NCBI GenBank assembly: GCA_040383345.1
Contig: JBEIDU010000002.1
Coordinates: forward strand, 5,608 to 69,607
Reading direction: 5' to 3'
Origin: Chitinophagales bacterium
Lineage (GTDB): Bacteria; Bacteroidota; Bacteroidia; Chitinophagales; JADJOU01
DNA: 64,000 bases
In this document: piece by piece, positions 48,551 through 58,099 of the stretch
Layout of the letters: each line of letters starts with the position of its first letter
Numbering within the stretch: the first letter of the stretch is position 1
Made by a program: the position numbers and the translations under genes
Notes under the pieces: generated by a model
The model's database searches: none
What the model saw: the letters and a program-made list of their open reading frames with translations, nothing else
What the model was told of the DNA's origin: nothing

Positions 48551-49639
48551 TTAATGTACGGCTAATAATTCTACTTCAAAAATTAAGGTTTCATTAGGCA
48601 ATATTGCTCCAGGAACGCCTTGCTCGCCATAGGCTAGGTATGCAGGTATGATCAAAACTGCCTTTTCTCCTTCATTTAAGAGAGCTATACCTTCGTCCCA
48701 TCCTGGAATAACCATTCCTTGTCCCAGAACAAAATCAAGAGGTGCTTTGCCTATAGATTGGTCAAAAACTTTTCCATTGGTTAGCATTCCTTTATAATGA
48801 ACTTTTACTTTGCTGTTAGCTGTAGCCCTTGCTCCTTCGGTTGTAGTCATTTTTATATAATACAGTCCTGTAACGGTTTTTGATGCATTAGGGTAGGCCT
48901 TTTTCACATATGATTCAAAGATTTTGTATAGATTTGAATTTTGATATTTTCCATATTTATTGGCTTCTTCCGCTTTTTGTTTTTCAGCTTGAATTGTTTT
49001 TTGTGTTTCAAAAACTGTAGGGGCATCAAAAGCCTTAGCTTCATTCGTATTACGAATAATTCGAATACTGTCTATACGATCTCCAGCAGTTATTTTATTA
49101 ACCACATCCATCCCGCTAATGACTTTGCCAAACACACTATGAACACCATCCAACCATGGGGTAGAATTATGTGTTATAAAAAATTGGCTGCTATTGGAAT
49201 TGGGACCCGAATTGGCCATAGAAAGAACCCCTGCATCATCATGTCTAAGTTCAGGATGAAATTCATCGCTAAATGTATAGCCTGCATTTCCTGTTCCTGT
49301 TCCATTTGGGCATCCACCTTGTATCATGAAATTGGGTACGACTCTATGAAAAATAAGCCCATCATAATAGGGCTTTTCAGAGGATTTTTCTATATTTTTC
49401 ATAGTGCCTTCTGCTAGAGCTACAAAGTTCGCTACGGTCATGGGTGCTTTTACAAATTCAAGGCCTATTTCAATAATTCCTTTAGAAGTAAAAATCTTGG
49501 CTACCATGTCTTTAGATGCAGAAAATTTAGATGTGCTTGCAATAGTTTGTGTATCTGAATTTTCTGCGTTTTCATTTTTGCAAGATTGGATACTAAAAAA
49601 TGAGTAAAGTGCCAAAAAAGTAATGAATATTTTCTTCAT
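48551..49639 (-). CDS. Second cyclophilin-FKBP dual-domain PPIase (lipoprotein-type signal)
   Basis: Same architecture as the neighbouring gene: [44 protein letters not shown] and GMVIPGWDEG. A SIQSC lipobox-like site is present. Confidence 0.9.
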   Translation of the reverse strand: MKKIFITFLALYSFFSIQSCKNENAENSDTQTIASTSKFSASKDMVAKIFTSKGIIEIGLEFVKAPMTVANFVALAEGTMKNIEKSSEKPYYDGLIFHRVVPNFMIQGGCPNGTGTGNAGYTFSDEFHPELRHDDAGVLSMANSGPNSNSSQFFITHNSTPWLDGVHSVFGKVISGMDVVNKITAGDRIDSIRIIRNTNEAKAFDAPTVFETQKTIQAEKQKAEEANKYGKYQNSNLYKIFESYVKKAYPNASKTVTGLYYIKMTTTEGARATANSKVKVHYKGMLTNGKVFDQSIGKAPLDFVLGQGMVIPGWDEGIALLNEGEKAVLIIPAYLAYGEQGVPGAILPNETLIFEVELLAVH

Positions 49640-49657
49640 ATGTTAAGAGTGTTTAGA

Positions 49658-50230
49658 TTAATTTGCATTAAACTCTTTTTGAAATTGTTCAAAAGGTGTT
49701 GTTTTATATTTATCAAGAGAAAAATAATTTAGAATCATATACATTTCATTAGACTGAATGTAACCAGGAACAGATTGAATCATTCCCAAATCTTCATTCA
49801 AAAACGTAGTAGAAGGATATCCCATTCTTCCATTTAATAGATGAACGGCAAGTTCATGTGTCCCCCTATTGCCATTGAATTGCATTTTATATTCTTTGCC
49901 TTTAAAAAATATGGGTTCTTCACGTTCTGCATTGAATTTTACCGCATAGTAATTTTTATTAATATACTGTATAATCTTTGGGTCTTCATAAGTAGATGCA
50001 TCCATTTTTTTGCACCATCCACACCAATCGGTATAGAAATCAATCAAGATTTTCTTTTTAGATTTGGCATTTGCATTAAGAGCTGCTTGCATACTTATCC
50101 AGTTAATACCTTTGTAGGCTACATCTTGAGTTTTTATAGCTTCTGATTTGTTCTTCTTTTCATTACTTTGAGCATATACTGATGAAAAGACTAATAAAAA
50201 TAATATCAAAATCCATTTTTCTTTGTTCAT
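49658..50230 (-). CDS. Secreted thioredoxin-fold protein (CGWC active site)
   Basis: Signal peptide and DFYTDWCGWCKKMD. 190 aa. Confidence 0.8.
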   Translation of the reverse strand: MNKEKWILILFLLVFSSVYAQSNEKKNKSEAIKTQDVAYKGINWISMQAALNANAKSKKKILIDFYTDWCGWCKKMDASTYEDPKIIQYINKNYYAVKFNAEREEPIFFKGKEYKMQFNGNRGTHELAVHLLNGRMGYPSTTFLNEDLGMIQSVPGYIQSNEMYMILNYFSLDKYKTTPFEQFQKEFNAN

Positions 50231-50275
50231 AATAATTTAATTTTTGATATAAGAAGTCTAATTTATGTGGTTTGA

Positions 50276-51385
50276 TTAAACAATAATATCTTTAGATGAT
50301 AAATGTTTTTTATTGATTTGTTTTTGTTTTAATGCTTTAATATAAAACCATTGCAAAATAAAGAAAGTTCCTATCCATAATACAAAAAGATAGATATCGA
50401 AATATAAGATATCTGTATTATGAATGATTCTATATATTGCAATTGCAGAGAAAAATAAATTGACTACACCAAGAGTCAAAACTGCTTGCCATTCTTTCAG
50501 GCCAAGATAAACAAAGTGATGTGAAAGATGATCTCTACCTCCCACAAAAGGAGATTGGCCTCTTAGAATTCGATGAATAAAAACGGTAGAAGTATCAAAA
50601 ATAGGAATTGTAAAAATCAAGAAAGGAATCAAAAATTGATTTATTTGAAAAAAACCACCATGCTCTGTTCTATAGTCCCAAATATATGTTATAGAAACAT
50701 AGGCAAGAAAGATTCCTAAAAATTGTGAGCCACTATCGCCCATATATATTTTTGAGGGATTCCAATTATAGAATAAAAAACCCATTATAGAAGACGTTAT
50801 TATCATTATAATAGCTATTTCGAAAGTATTGGAGGTATTGAAAAAAAGTGTAATGATGGCTGTAAAAATATAAAGGGAAATGAGAGATGTCAAGCCGTCC
50901 ATATTGTCAAGCATATTGATAGAATTCATTAAAAATACTACCCAAAATATAGTAAATATCGCATTCCAAACGACGTTGGATGATAGGGGAATAATAATTT
51001 CAAAAAATACTAATATAATACCACAAATAATTTGTCCAATTAATTTCAATAATGGGTTTGTATTTCTTGCATCATCAATGAGACCAATGAAAAATCCTAT
51101 AGATACTGATAAGAATAGACCTAATATAGATTTGATATTAATAATTTCAATTTTATTAAAAATCAAGTAAAATAAGATTCCTATAAAGAAAATTAAAAAG
51201 TTGATATAGAAAGAAATGCCGCCTAGCGATGGCTTTCGTTCTTGCCATCTTTTTCCATTTTCATTAATATTTCTGACTCCAAGGTTAAAAGAAAATTTAA
51301 TTAATATCCAATTGATAAAAATGGAAGCTAATGCTGGAAATAAAATATAAAATCCTAAAAAAAACATACTATTTATAATTTCCAA
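50276..51385 (-). CDS. Glycosyltransferase family 4 (MraY/WecA-like) polyprenyl-phosphate sugar-phosphate transferase
   Basis: About 10 TM segments, with NMLDNMDGL and MGDSGSQFLG motifs. It overlaps the upstream gene by 13 nt. Confidence 0.85.
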   Translation of the reverse strand: MEIINSMFFLGFYILFPALASIFINWILIKFSFNLGVRNINENGKRWQERKPSLGGISFYINFLIFFIGILFYLIFNKIEIINIKSILGLFLSVSIGFFIGLIDDARNTNPLLKLIGQIICGIILVFFEIIIPLSSNVVWNAIFTIFWVVFLMNSINMLDNMDGLTSLISLYIFTAIITLFFNTSNTFEIAIIMIITSSIMGFLFYNWNPSKIYMGDSGSQFLGIFLAYVSITYIWDYRTEHGGFFQINQFLIPFLIFTIPIFDTSTVFIHRILRGQSPFVGGRDHLSHHFVYLGLKEWQAVLTLGVVNLFFSAIAIYRIIHNTDILYFDIYLFVLWIGTFFILQWFYIKALKQKQINKKHLSSKDIIV

Positions 51386-53799
51386 TCAAAAAACTTCTTA
51401 AACTTACTTTCGGGTCCTTTTTTTACTACTTTTTCAGTATAATATCCGTCATGCTTTTCTGTATATTCTTTTCCATAGCTACCATATCCATATCCGTAGC
51501 TATTGTTTAAATAATACGAAGCTCCTACACCAAATTGATTGACAACTAAGTATAATTTTTTATCATTAAATTGATGGTGAATCTCATTTAGATTTGCTAA
51601 GAAATCTAATTTTGAATAATTAGCTCTAACTACATAAATAGGAATATCTACTTTATTTATAATTTCTATCGACTCATTTACCAGCCCTACTGGAGGTGTA
51701 TCTATAAAAACATAATCGTATTTTGTCTTTAAATACTCAAGAACTTCATTAAATCTAGTACTAAGAATTAATTCGGATGGGTTCGGAGGAATTGGCCCCG
51801 ATGTAATTACATCAATGTTTTCAATTGTTGGCAAATGTTGTATGGCGCTATCAATATCTGAATTATTGCTAAGTATAGTACTCATTCCCAATGAATTATT
51901 CAATTTGAATGATTTTGCAATACGAGGTTTCCTCAAATCTAGATCAATGATAACTACTTTTTTATTTAATTGAGCATAAACTACAGCCAAATTGGATAGA
52001 ATAAAGGTTTTTCCTTCTCCTGAAATCGTACTTGTAGCAGCTATTGTTTTGAAATCACTGCTATGAATATATTTCATGTTAGCTCTCATTTTTTTAAAAG
52101 CTTCTGAAATTTTTGATTTGGACCCTGAATTAACTACTATTTTGGTTAGTGGACTTGATTTAGATTTTTCAGATTGGTCTTGGGCATCTTCTACAAAAGG
52201 AATGACACCTAAAATAGGTACATTTGTATTCATTTGAATGTACTTCATGGATACAATTTTATCAAAAAGCAAATATCTAATTAAAGTTAAGATAATAGAA
52301 GCCAAAAAGAATAATAGAATACCACTAGTATATAGAATATTTTTTTTAGGAGATATGATTTCTTCCTTTACTTTTGGTGGTTGAAGGACTATGTAGTCAG
52401 AAACAATTGAGGATTTATTAACTAAAAATTGATTTTGTTTATCTAATAAATCAAATATGAATTTTTCTTTAATTTGACTTTCTTTTTCTAATTGAGAATA
52501 CTGTGAATTTAAATTAGGAAAAGAATTTAAATTGCCTTTGATTTCGCTCAATTTCTGTCTAAGAGAAAAGATCTTATCTTCATTTACTTGTATTTTTTTT
52601 CCAATTTTGTTTTTAGAAAATTCAATTGCAAAATTCAATTTATTATCAATCAATTTAATTGTTGGATGAGTAGTCTTATAATCTAATAATAATGTATTTT
52701 TTTCATCTACCAATGCCTGAATTTCCGATATTTCTTCTGCCAAATCAGAAGATTCCATAATATTATTAGATAGCTTTGATTTGCTATTTCCCTTCAATCT
52801 ATTAAGCTCTTTTATTTGATTATCCAAGTCTAATTTAGAATCATTCAACTTTTTAATATTTTCCAAATATTCCGTTAATTGGCTCGTAGGCTCATACATG
52901 AGATTGGACTGTTTGAAAGATGTAAACTCTCTTTCATTTTTCCAATATTCATCTTTGAAAATTTGTAATTGTTGATCTATATAAATCAAAGATTTTTCAA
53001 TTTTTTCTTGATTTTCATTTTTATCATATTCAAGAAAATTTTGAATTAATGTATTTAATATGGATAAAGATTTAGGAGTATTGTGCGTTCTTGTATATAG
53101 TATAATGTTTTTATTAGGACCAAGTTCTACATTGATCAAATTTTGAATATAAGATTTAATAGCGTCATGATTATTAAACTTAAAAGTATATTTACCTCTA
53201 GTTTTTGAAGTTGTGGTAGATATATTGATCATGAGATCTTTGTTTGCAAATGTTTTTCCATATCCTAGATCTTCTTTTGAAACAATATTCCCATCAATAT
53301 TATAATATATACTATACGAAGTATTGTTAAAATCGATGGTAATTTCTTTGCCGAATAAACCAGGGTTCTTAACCTCAGCATTTGAAATAATTAATTCTTT
53401 TGAAACAGGAAAAATTTCAAATCTATTGAAAGGAAGAAATCCGTTTTTATATAATTCATATTTTAAGTTGTAGCTTTCAATGGTTTTGTCAATCAAGATA
53501 TCTGATTTAATTAACTGTATATCTCTATTGATTTTAGTTTCATCATCATTTTTAACGATAGTATTAACTTCTTTACTCAAAATATTGTTTTCTTCATTTC
53601 CTTTCTTTCTTATTAACGATGCATTTGTTTCAAAAATAGGATTAGAATATCTAATGTATAAAAAAGGGATAAGTATGCTTAAGAACCCTAAAATTATAAT
53701 AAATGGAACAGATTTTCTTAATATAAAGAAAAATAATTTCAAGTTGAAATTATCTATAAACTCATTTACACTATCTTTATGTTGAATTGAGCTACTCAA
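51373..53799 (-). CDS. Polysaccharide co-polymerase / tyrosine autokinase (Wzc/GumC-like)
   Basis: 808 aa. N-terminal Wzz-like region with two TM segments and coiled coils, Walker A SGEGKTF, DTPP, and a Tyr-rich C-terminus (YGYGYGSYGKEY...GYY). Confidence 0.85.
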   Translation of the reverse strand: MSSSIQHKDSVNEFIDNFNLKLFFFILRKSVPFIIILGFLSILIPFLYIRYSNPIFETNASLIRKKGNEENNILSKEVNTIVKNDDETKINRDIQLIKSDILIDKTIESYNLKYELYKNGFLPFNRFEIFPVSKELIISNAEVKNPGLFGKEITIDFNNTSYSIYYNIDGNIVSKEDLGYGKTFANKDLMINISTTTSKTRGKYTFKFNNHDAIKSYIQNLINVELGPNKNIILYTRTHNTPKSLSILNTLIQNFLEYDKNENQEKIEKSLIYIDQQLQIFKDEYWKNEREFTSFKQSNLMYEPTSQLTEYLENIKKLNDSKLDLDNQIKELNRLKGNSKSKLSNNIMESSDLAEEISEIQALVDEKNTLLLDYKTTHPTIKLIDNKLNFAIEFSKNKIGKKIQVNEDKIFSLRQKLSEIKGNLNSFPNLNSQYSQLEKESQIKEKFIFDLLDKQNQFLVNKSSIVSDYIVLQPPKVKEEIISPKKNILYTSGILLFFLASIILTLIRYLLFDKIVSMKYIQMNTNVPILGVIPFVEDAQDQSEKSKSSPLTKIVVNSGSKSKISEAFKKMRANMKYIHSSDFKTIAATSTISGEGKTFILSNLAVVYAQLNKKVVIIDLDLRKPRIAKSFKLNNSLGMSTILSNNSDIDSAIQHLPTIENIDVITSGPIPPNPSELILSTRFNEVLEYLKTKYDYVFIDTPPVGLVNESIEIINKVDIPIYVVRANYSKLDFLANLNEIHHQFNDKKLYLVVNQFGVGASYYLNNSYGYGYGSYGKEYTEKHDGYYTEKVVKKGPESKFKKFFDWKL

Positions 53800-53807
53800 A
53801 ATTTTGA

Positions 53808-54593
53808 CTATTTATTTATTGTTACGAATAATAGAATGGAAGAGGTGATAGAGCTAAGAATAGCTAAAGGCACAGTGATTACTGGAGCCATATCTACCAT
53901 TGCGTAGTGCAAAGGCCTTCTTTGTTCTTGAACATAGATTATATCATTTGATTGAACTAATAATTCCGAATTTTGAATACCTTTTAGTGTGCTTAAATCT
54001 ATTTTATATATATCTGGATTTTTTAAATTACCTCTAATTAGAACAATATCATATGATTTCATATATCTATCAATGCCCCCAGATCTAGCTAAAACCTCAA
54101 AAATATTAGTAGGCGTTTTGTTTAAAGGAACTATCATTCCTTGAGTGCCTTTAAAAACTATGGCTCGTCTATTTTCTATTCTTAAATAGATAAAAGGATT
54201 GTTGTATATTATATCAAACTCTTTTTTCAAAATTTGTCTTAATTCATCTTCGTTATATCCATCTACTTTCTTTTTACCTACAATTGGAAATTCAACAATA
54301 CCTTCATTATTTACCACAAAAGTAGCTTGCATTATTTGTGAATTTGATTGAGTGGCTTCATTTCCTCCGATGGCACTAGATTTAATAGGGTCTATCAATG
54401 TCATCCCATCTCTAGTATATACTTTTAGAGATATTTCATCGCCTTTTTGAATTTTATATTCTTTAGTCAATGTATTAATTTTATCGGGCAACTTATTAGA
54501 CTCAATTTCTTTAAAAATCAGATTTGGATATACCGTTTTACATGAATATTGTAAAACAGATATTAAAATTAAAAATGATATTAGTAGTCTCAA
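53808..54593 (-). CDS. Polysaccharide biosynthesis/export protein (Wza-like)
   Basis: 261 aa with a signal peptide and Poly_export/SLBB-like sequence (YKIQKGDEISLKV...). It is adjacent to the Wzc-like gene. Confidence 0.75.
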   Translation of the reverse strand: MRLLISFLILISVLQYSCKTVYPNLIFKEIESNKLPDKINTLTKEYKIQKGDEISLKVYTRDGMTLIDPIKSSAIGGNEATQSNSQIMQATFVVNNEGIVEFPIVGKKKVDGYNEDELRQILKKEFDIIYNNPFIYLRIENRRAIVFKGTQGMIVPLNKTPTNIFEVLARSGGIDRYMKSYDIVLIRGNLKNPDIYKIDLSTLKGIQNSELLVQSNDIIYVQEQRRPLHYAMVDMAPVITVPLAILSSITSSILLFVTINK

Positions 54594-54620
54594 AAGCCTT
54601 ATTTTTTATAGAATAATTGA

Positions 54621-54628
54621 CAAAAATA
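54621..54628 (-). promoter_or_regulatory. -7 box TAttTTTG (minus strand) upstream of the wza-like gene
   Basis: Plus-strand caaaaata lies 28 nt upstream of ATG 54593. Confidence 0.5.
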
Positions 54629-54725
54629 TAATTTTTTAATTAAATCAATGTATCTAATTATGTTAAAATTTTATAATGATTTTTTATTGTCTTTTTTAAT
54701 ATAGTTCGATTTACTTTATTTTCAG

Positions 54726-54733
54726 TACTTTTG
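54726..54733 (+). promoter_or_regulatory. -7 box TActTTTG upstream of typA
   Basis: TAnnTTTG match 36 nt before GTG 54769. Confidence 0.5.
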
Positions 54734-54768
54734 CAAACTTTTTTAAAAATAATAAAAGAATAAATTTA

Positions 54769-56571
54769 GTGAAAAGAGAAGATATTAGAAACATTGCCAT
54801 CATTGCACACGTCGATCATGGAAAAACGACTTTGGTGGACAAAATGTTGCATGCAGCAAAATTATTTAGAGATAACCAACAAGTTACCGAATTGTTCTTG
54901 GACAATAATGATCAAGAAAGAGAACGTGGAATTACCATTCTTGCAAAAAACGTTTCGGTAAATTGGAAAGGAACCAAAATTAATATTATAGACACACCAG
55001 GTCACGCGGATTTTGGAGGTGAAGTAGAGCGTGTTTTGAACATGGCTGATGGTGTTTTGGTATTAGTAGATGCATTTGACGGGCCTATGCCTCAGACTCG
55101 TTTTGTTACCGGTAAAGCTTTAGCATTAGGTAAAAAAGCTATTGTGGTCGTAAATAAAGTGGATAAACCAAATTGCGATCCAGAAAAAGCAAATGAAGAC
55201 GTATTTGAATTATTTTTCAATCTTGAAGCTACTCAAGATCAATTGGACTTTAAAACCGTATATGGTTCTGCTAAAAATGGTTGGATGAGCGACGATTGGA
55301 ACAAACCTACAGATAATGTAGATATTTTGTTTGATACTATAGTAAGCGAAGTTCCTTGTCCCGATGTAGAAACAGGTTCTTTACAATTGCAAATTACATC
55401 TCTTGATTTTTCAACCTATACAGGAAGAATAGCTGTGGGAAGAATTCAACGAGGAACTATTGAAGAAAACATGCCTGTATCTTTGATGAAAAGCGATGGA
55501 ACGGTTAAGAAAATGAGAACCAAAGAATTATTTATTTTTGATGGTTTGGGCAGAGCTAAAATAGGTAAAGCTGAAGCTGGAGATATAGTTGCCGTTACTG
55601 GTATTGAAGATTTTGAGATTGGAGATACTATTGCAGATTTTGAAAATCCAGAGGCATTGCCAAGAATCAAAATTGACGAGCCTACAATGAGTATGTTGTT
55701 CACAATCAATAACTCTCCATTCTTTGGAAAAGAAGGTAAATTTGTAACTTCAAGACATATTAGAGATAGACTGCACAAGGAATTGGAGAAAAATCTAGCA
55801 CTTAGAGTACATGATACGGCTTCTCCGGATCAATTTTTGGTGTTCGGTAGAGGAATTCTTCACTTATCCGTTCTTTTGGAGACTATGCGAAGAGAAGGGT
55901 ATGAGTTGCAAGTAGGACAACCTCAAGTAATTATAAAAGAAATTGATGGTAAAAAATGTGAGCCTTTGGAAGAACTTTCAGTAGATGTACCCGATATTTC
56001 TGCTGGAAAAATTATCGAATTGGTAAGTCAGCGAAAAGGTGAAATGAAATCCATGAATCCAAAAGGTGATATGCAACGTTTGGTTTTTGAAATTCCTACA
56101 AGAGGATTGAATGGTTTTAGAAATGAAGCATTGACTTTGACCGCAGGTGAGGCTATTATCGCGCATCGATTCAAAGAATATGTGCCTATGAAAGGTGATA
56201 TTCCTTCAAGAATCAATGGGGTAATGATTTCTAAGGAAACGGGTATGGCTACAGGATATTCAATGGATAAATTGGGCGATAGAGGTCGTTTCTTTGTAGA
56301 GCCTGGTGAAGAAGTATATGCTGGACAAGTAATTGGAGAGCAGATTAGACCCGGCGACTTGGTAGTAAATATTTGCACTGCTAAGCAATTGACGAACTTT
56401 CGTGCAGCTGGAAAAGATGATAACGTAGGATTGCCACCAAAAATCGATTTTTCATTGGAAGAAGCTATGGAATATATTGGTAAAGATGAATATGTGGAAC
56501 TAACACCAAAATCACTTCGTATCCGAAAAATACTATTGGATGAAAATGATAGAAAAAAAGCTGCAAAGTAA
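54769..56571 (+). CDS. typA: Translational GTPase TypA/BipA
   Basis: IRNIAIIAHVDHGKTTL, DTPGHADF and NKVD motifs. 600 aa. Confidence 0.97.
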   Translation: MKREDIRNIAIIAHVDHGKTTLVDKMLHAAKLFRDNQQVTELFLDNNDQERERGITILAKNVSVNWKGTKINIIDTPGHADFGGEVERVLNMADGVLVLVDAFDGPMPQTRFVTGKALALGKKAIVVVNKVDKPNCDPEKANEDVFELFFNLEATQDQLDFKTVYGSAKNGWMSDDWNKPTDNVDILFDTIVSEVPCPDVETGSLQLQITSLDFSTYTGRIAVGRIQRGTIEENMPVSLMKSDGTVKKMRTKELFIFDGLGRAKIGKAEAGDIVAVTGIEDFEIGDTIADFENPEALPRIKIDEPTMSMLFTINNSPFFGKEGKFVTSRHIRDRLHKELEKNLALRVHDTASPDQFLVFGRGILHLSVLLETMRREGYELQVGQPQVIIKEIDGKKCEPLEELSVDVPDISAGKIIELVSQRKGEMKSMNPKGDMQRLVFEIPTRGLNGFRNEALTLTAGEAIIAHRFKEYVPMKGDIPSRINGVMISKETGMATGYSMDKLGDRGRFFVEPGEEVYAGQVIGEQIRPGDLVVNICTAKQLTNFRAAGKDDNVGLPPKIDFSLEEAMEYIGKDEYVELTPKSLRIRKILLDENDRKKAAK

Positions 56572-56589
56572 TTAATGTTTTGCTTAAAT

Positions 56590-56621
56590 AAAAAAGGTCG
56601 CTTAATAAAGCGACCTTTTTT
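56590..56621. terminator. Bidirectional intrinsic terminator
   Basis: A-run, stem ggtcgctt / aagcgacc (56596-56615) with loop aata, T-run. It lies between convergent genes. Confidence 0.75.
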
Positions 56622-56622
56622 A

Positions 56623-57348
56623 TTAATTATATTTTCTATCTAATAATTCCATAAATGTTTGATATATTTCCTCTTTATTATCAATCCCATACTTTGTTTG
56701 ATAATTTTTCAAAATTTCGATGCATTCAATTTTTGAATTTTTACTATTCATTTTCATCAAACATTCAGACAAATCAATAGAGTTTCCTTTAAAGAATTTT
56801 TCTACCAATCCTATACGTGTATTCAAGTCCAAAAAATCATAAATTTCTTTTTTGGGTGCTTCATCCTTGTTCAAATAGTCCTGAATAGCACCTGAACTAA
56901 TAATGCTATTTTTAGTATCACTAGTCTCATCTATATTTGAAATTACCTCTTCAATATTTTCATCTTTATTCTCCTTTCTGATTTCAAAAGTAGTATCTTC
57001 TTCTCCATTTGAGAAATCAAATGTTAAATCTAAGTTTTTAATTTCTGTTTTTAGATCGGAATTATTCACTTCCTGAACTATTATAGATTTTGTTACTTCA
57101 TTTGTAGGCGCATCTTCAGAATTTATATCAATCCCAATGATTTCTATGTCATTTAGAATTTCCTTATGTTTTTCATTTATAATAGATTCATTTTGAGTTC
57201 CTAAAGATTTTATCATTACATATAGATTTTTAATATCATCCATCATAATGTCTTTTTTCAACTCATCAAACTCTTTGGTTTTGATATCTATGTAAAGTGA
57301 ATAAATTCGCTTTATCGTTTCGTCTATATTTAACAAATTTCCGTTCAT
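56623..57348 (-). CDS. Hypothetical acidic protein
   Basis: 241-aa ORF with an acidic, low-complexity middle region. No recognisable motif. Confidence 0.5.
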   Translation of the reverse strand: MNGNLLNIDETIKRIYSLYIDIKTKEFDELKKDIMMDDIKNLYVMIKSLGTQNESIINEKHKEILNDIEIIGIDINSEDAPTNEVTKSIIVQEVNNSDLKTEIKNLDLTFDFSNGEEDTTFEIRKENKDENIEEVISNIDETSDTKNSIISSGAIQDYLNKDEAPKKEIYDFLDLNTRIGLVEKFFKGNSIDLSECLMKMNSKNSKIECIEILKNYQTKYGIDNKEEIYQTFMELLDRKYN

Positions 57349-57416
57349 TATTTTTTTATTTATTTTAAAATTAAAAGATTTAATATTGCTTTTTTAAATT
57401 AAAAAGAATAATAACG

Positions 57417-57974
57417 TTGCAAAGAAACGAAATATTTTTTGGAAAAATAGAAGTAATTTGTGGTTCAATGTTTTCGGGCAAAACCGAAGAGCTCATTCGA
57501 AGGCTCAACCGTGCAATTATTGCAAAGAAAAATGTGGAAATTTTTAAGCCAATTATTGATGATCGATATAGTGAAAATGAAGTGGTATCTCACAATAAGA
57601 CGAAAATTCCTTCGGTTTCGGTTTCAAATTCAGAAAGTATATACTTACTCGCACAAAATAAAGATGTAATTGGAATTGATGAAGCGCAATTTTTTGATAA
57701 TGAGTTACCAAATGTATGCAAAAAATTGGCAGCAAATGGTGTGCGAGTAATAATTGCAGGATTGGATATGGATTATTTGGGTAATCCTTTTGGTATAATA
57801 CCTCAGCTTATGGCTATAGCCGACGATGTTTTAAAAGTGCATGCGGTATGTATGCAATGTGGTGAGTCTGCAAATTTTAGCAAAAGATTAGTATCAAATA
57901 ATGATAAAATATTAGTAGGAGAGAAAGATATGTACGAACCAAGATGTCGAAGATGTTACAATATAGAGAATTAG
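57417..57974 (+). CDS. tdk: Thymidine kinase
   Basis: [15 protein letters not shown]-loop, IGIDEAQFF, and a C-terminal Zn ribbon (CMQCG...CRRC). TTG start. Confidence 0.95.
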   Translation: MQRNEIFFGKIEVICGSMFSGKTEELIRRLNRAIIAKKNVEIFKPIIDDRYSENEVVSHNKTKIPSVSVSNSESIYLLAQNKDVIGIDEAQFFDNELPNVCKKLAANGVRVIIAGLDMDYLGNPFGIIPQLMAIADDVLKVHAVCMQCGESANFSKRLVSNNDKILVGEKDMYEPRCRRCYNIEN

Positions 57975-58052
57975 ATAAAATAGTAGCAAAAAAGTAAAGA
58001 TTTTGCAACAAATTTTCATAGAATTATTCTATGCAATAAAAAATATTATTAT

Positions 58053-58060
58053 TACCTTTG
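58053..58060 (+). promoter_or_regulatory. -7 box TAccTTTG
   Basis: It overlaps the track's TTG start at 58058 and lies 40 nt before ATG 58100. Confidence 0.5.
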
Positions 58061-58099
58061 CAATTAATATATAAACAATCAAAAATTAAATTAATTTAT

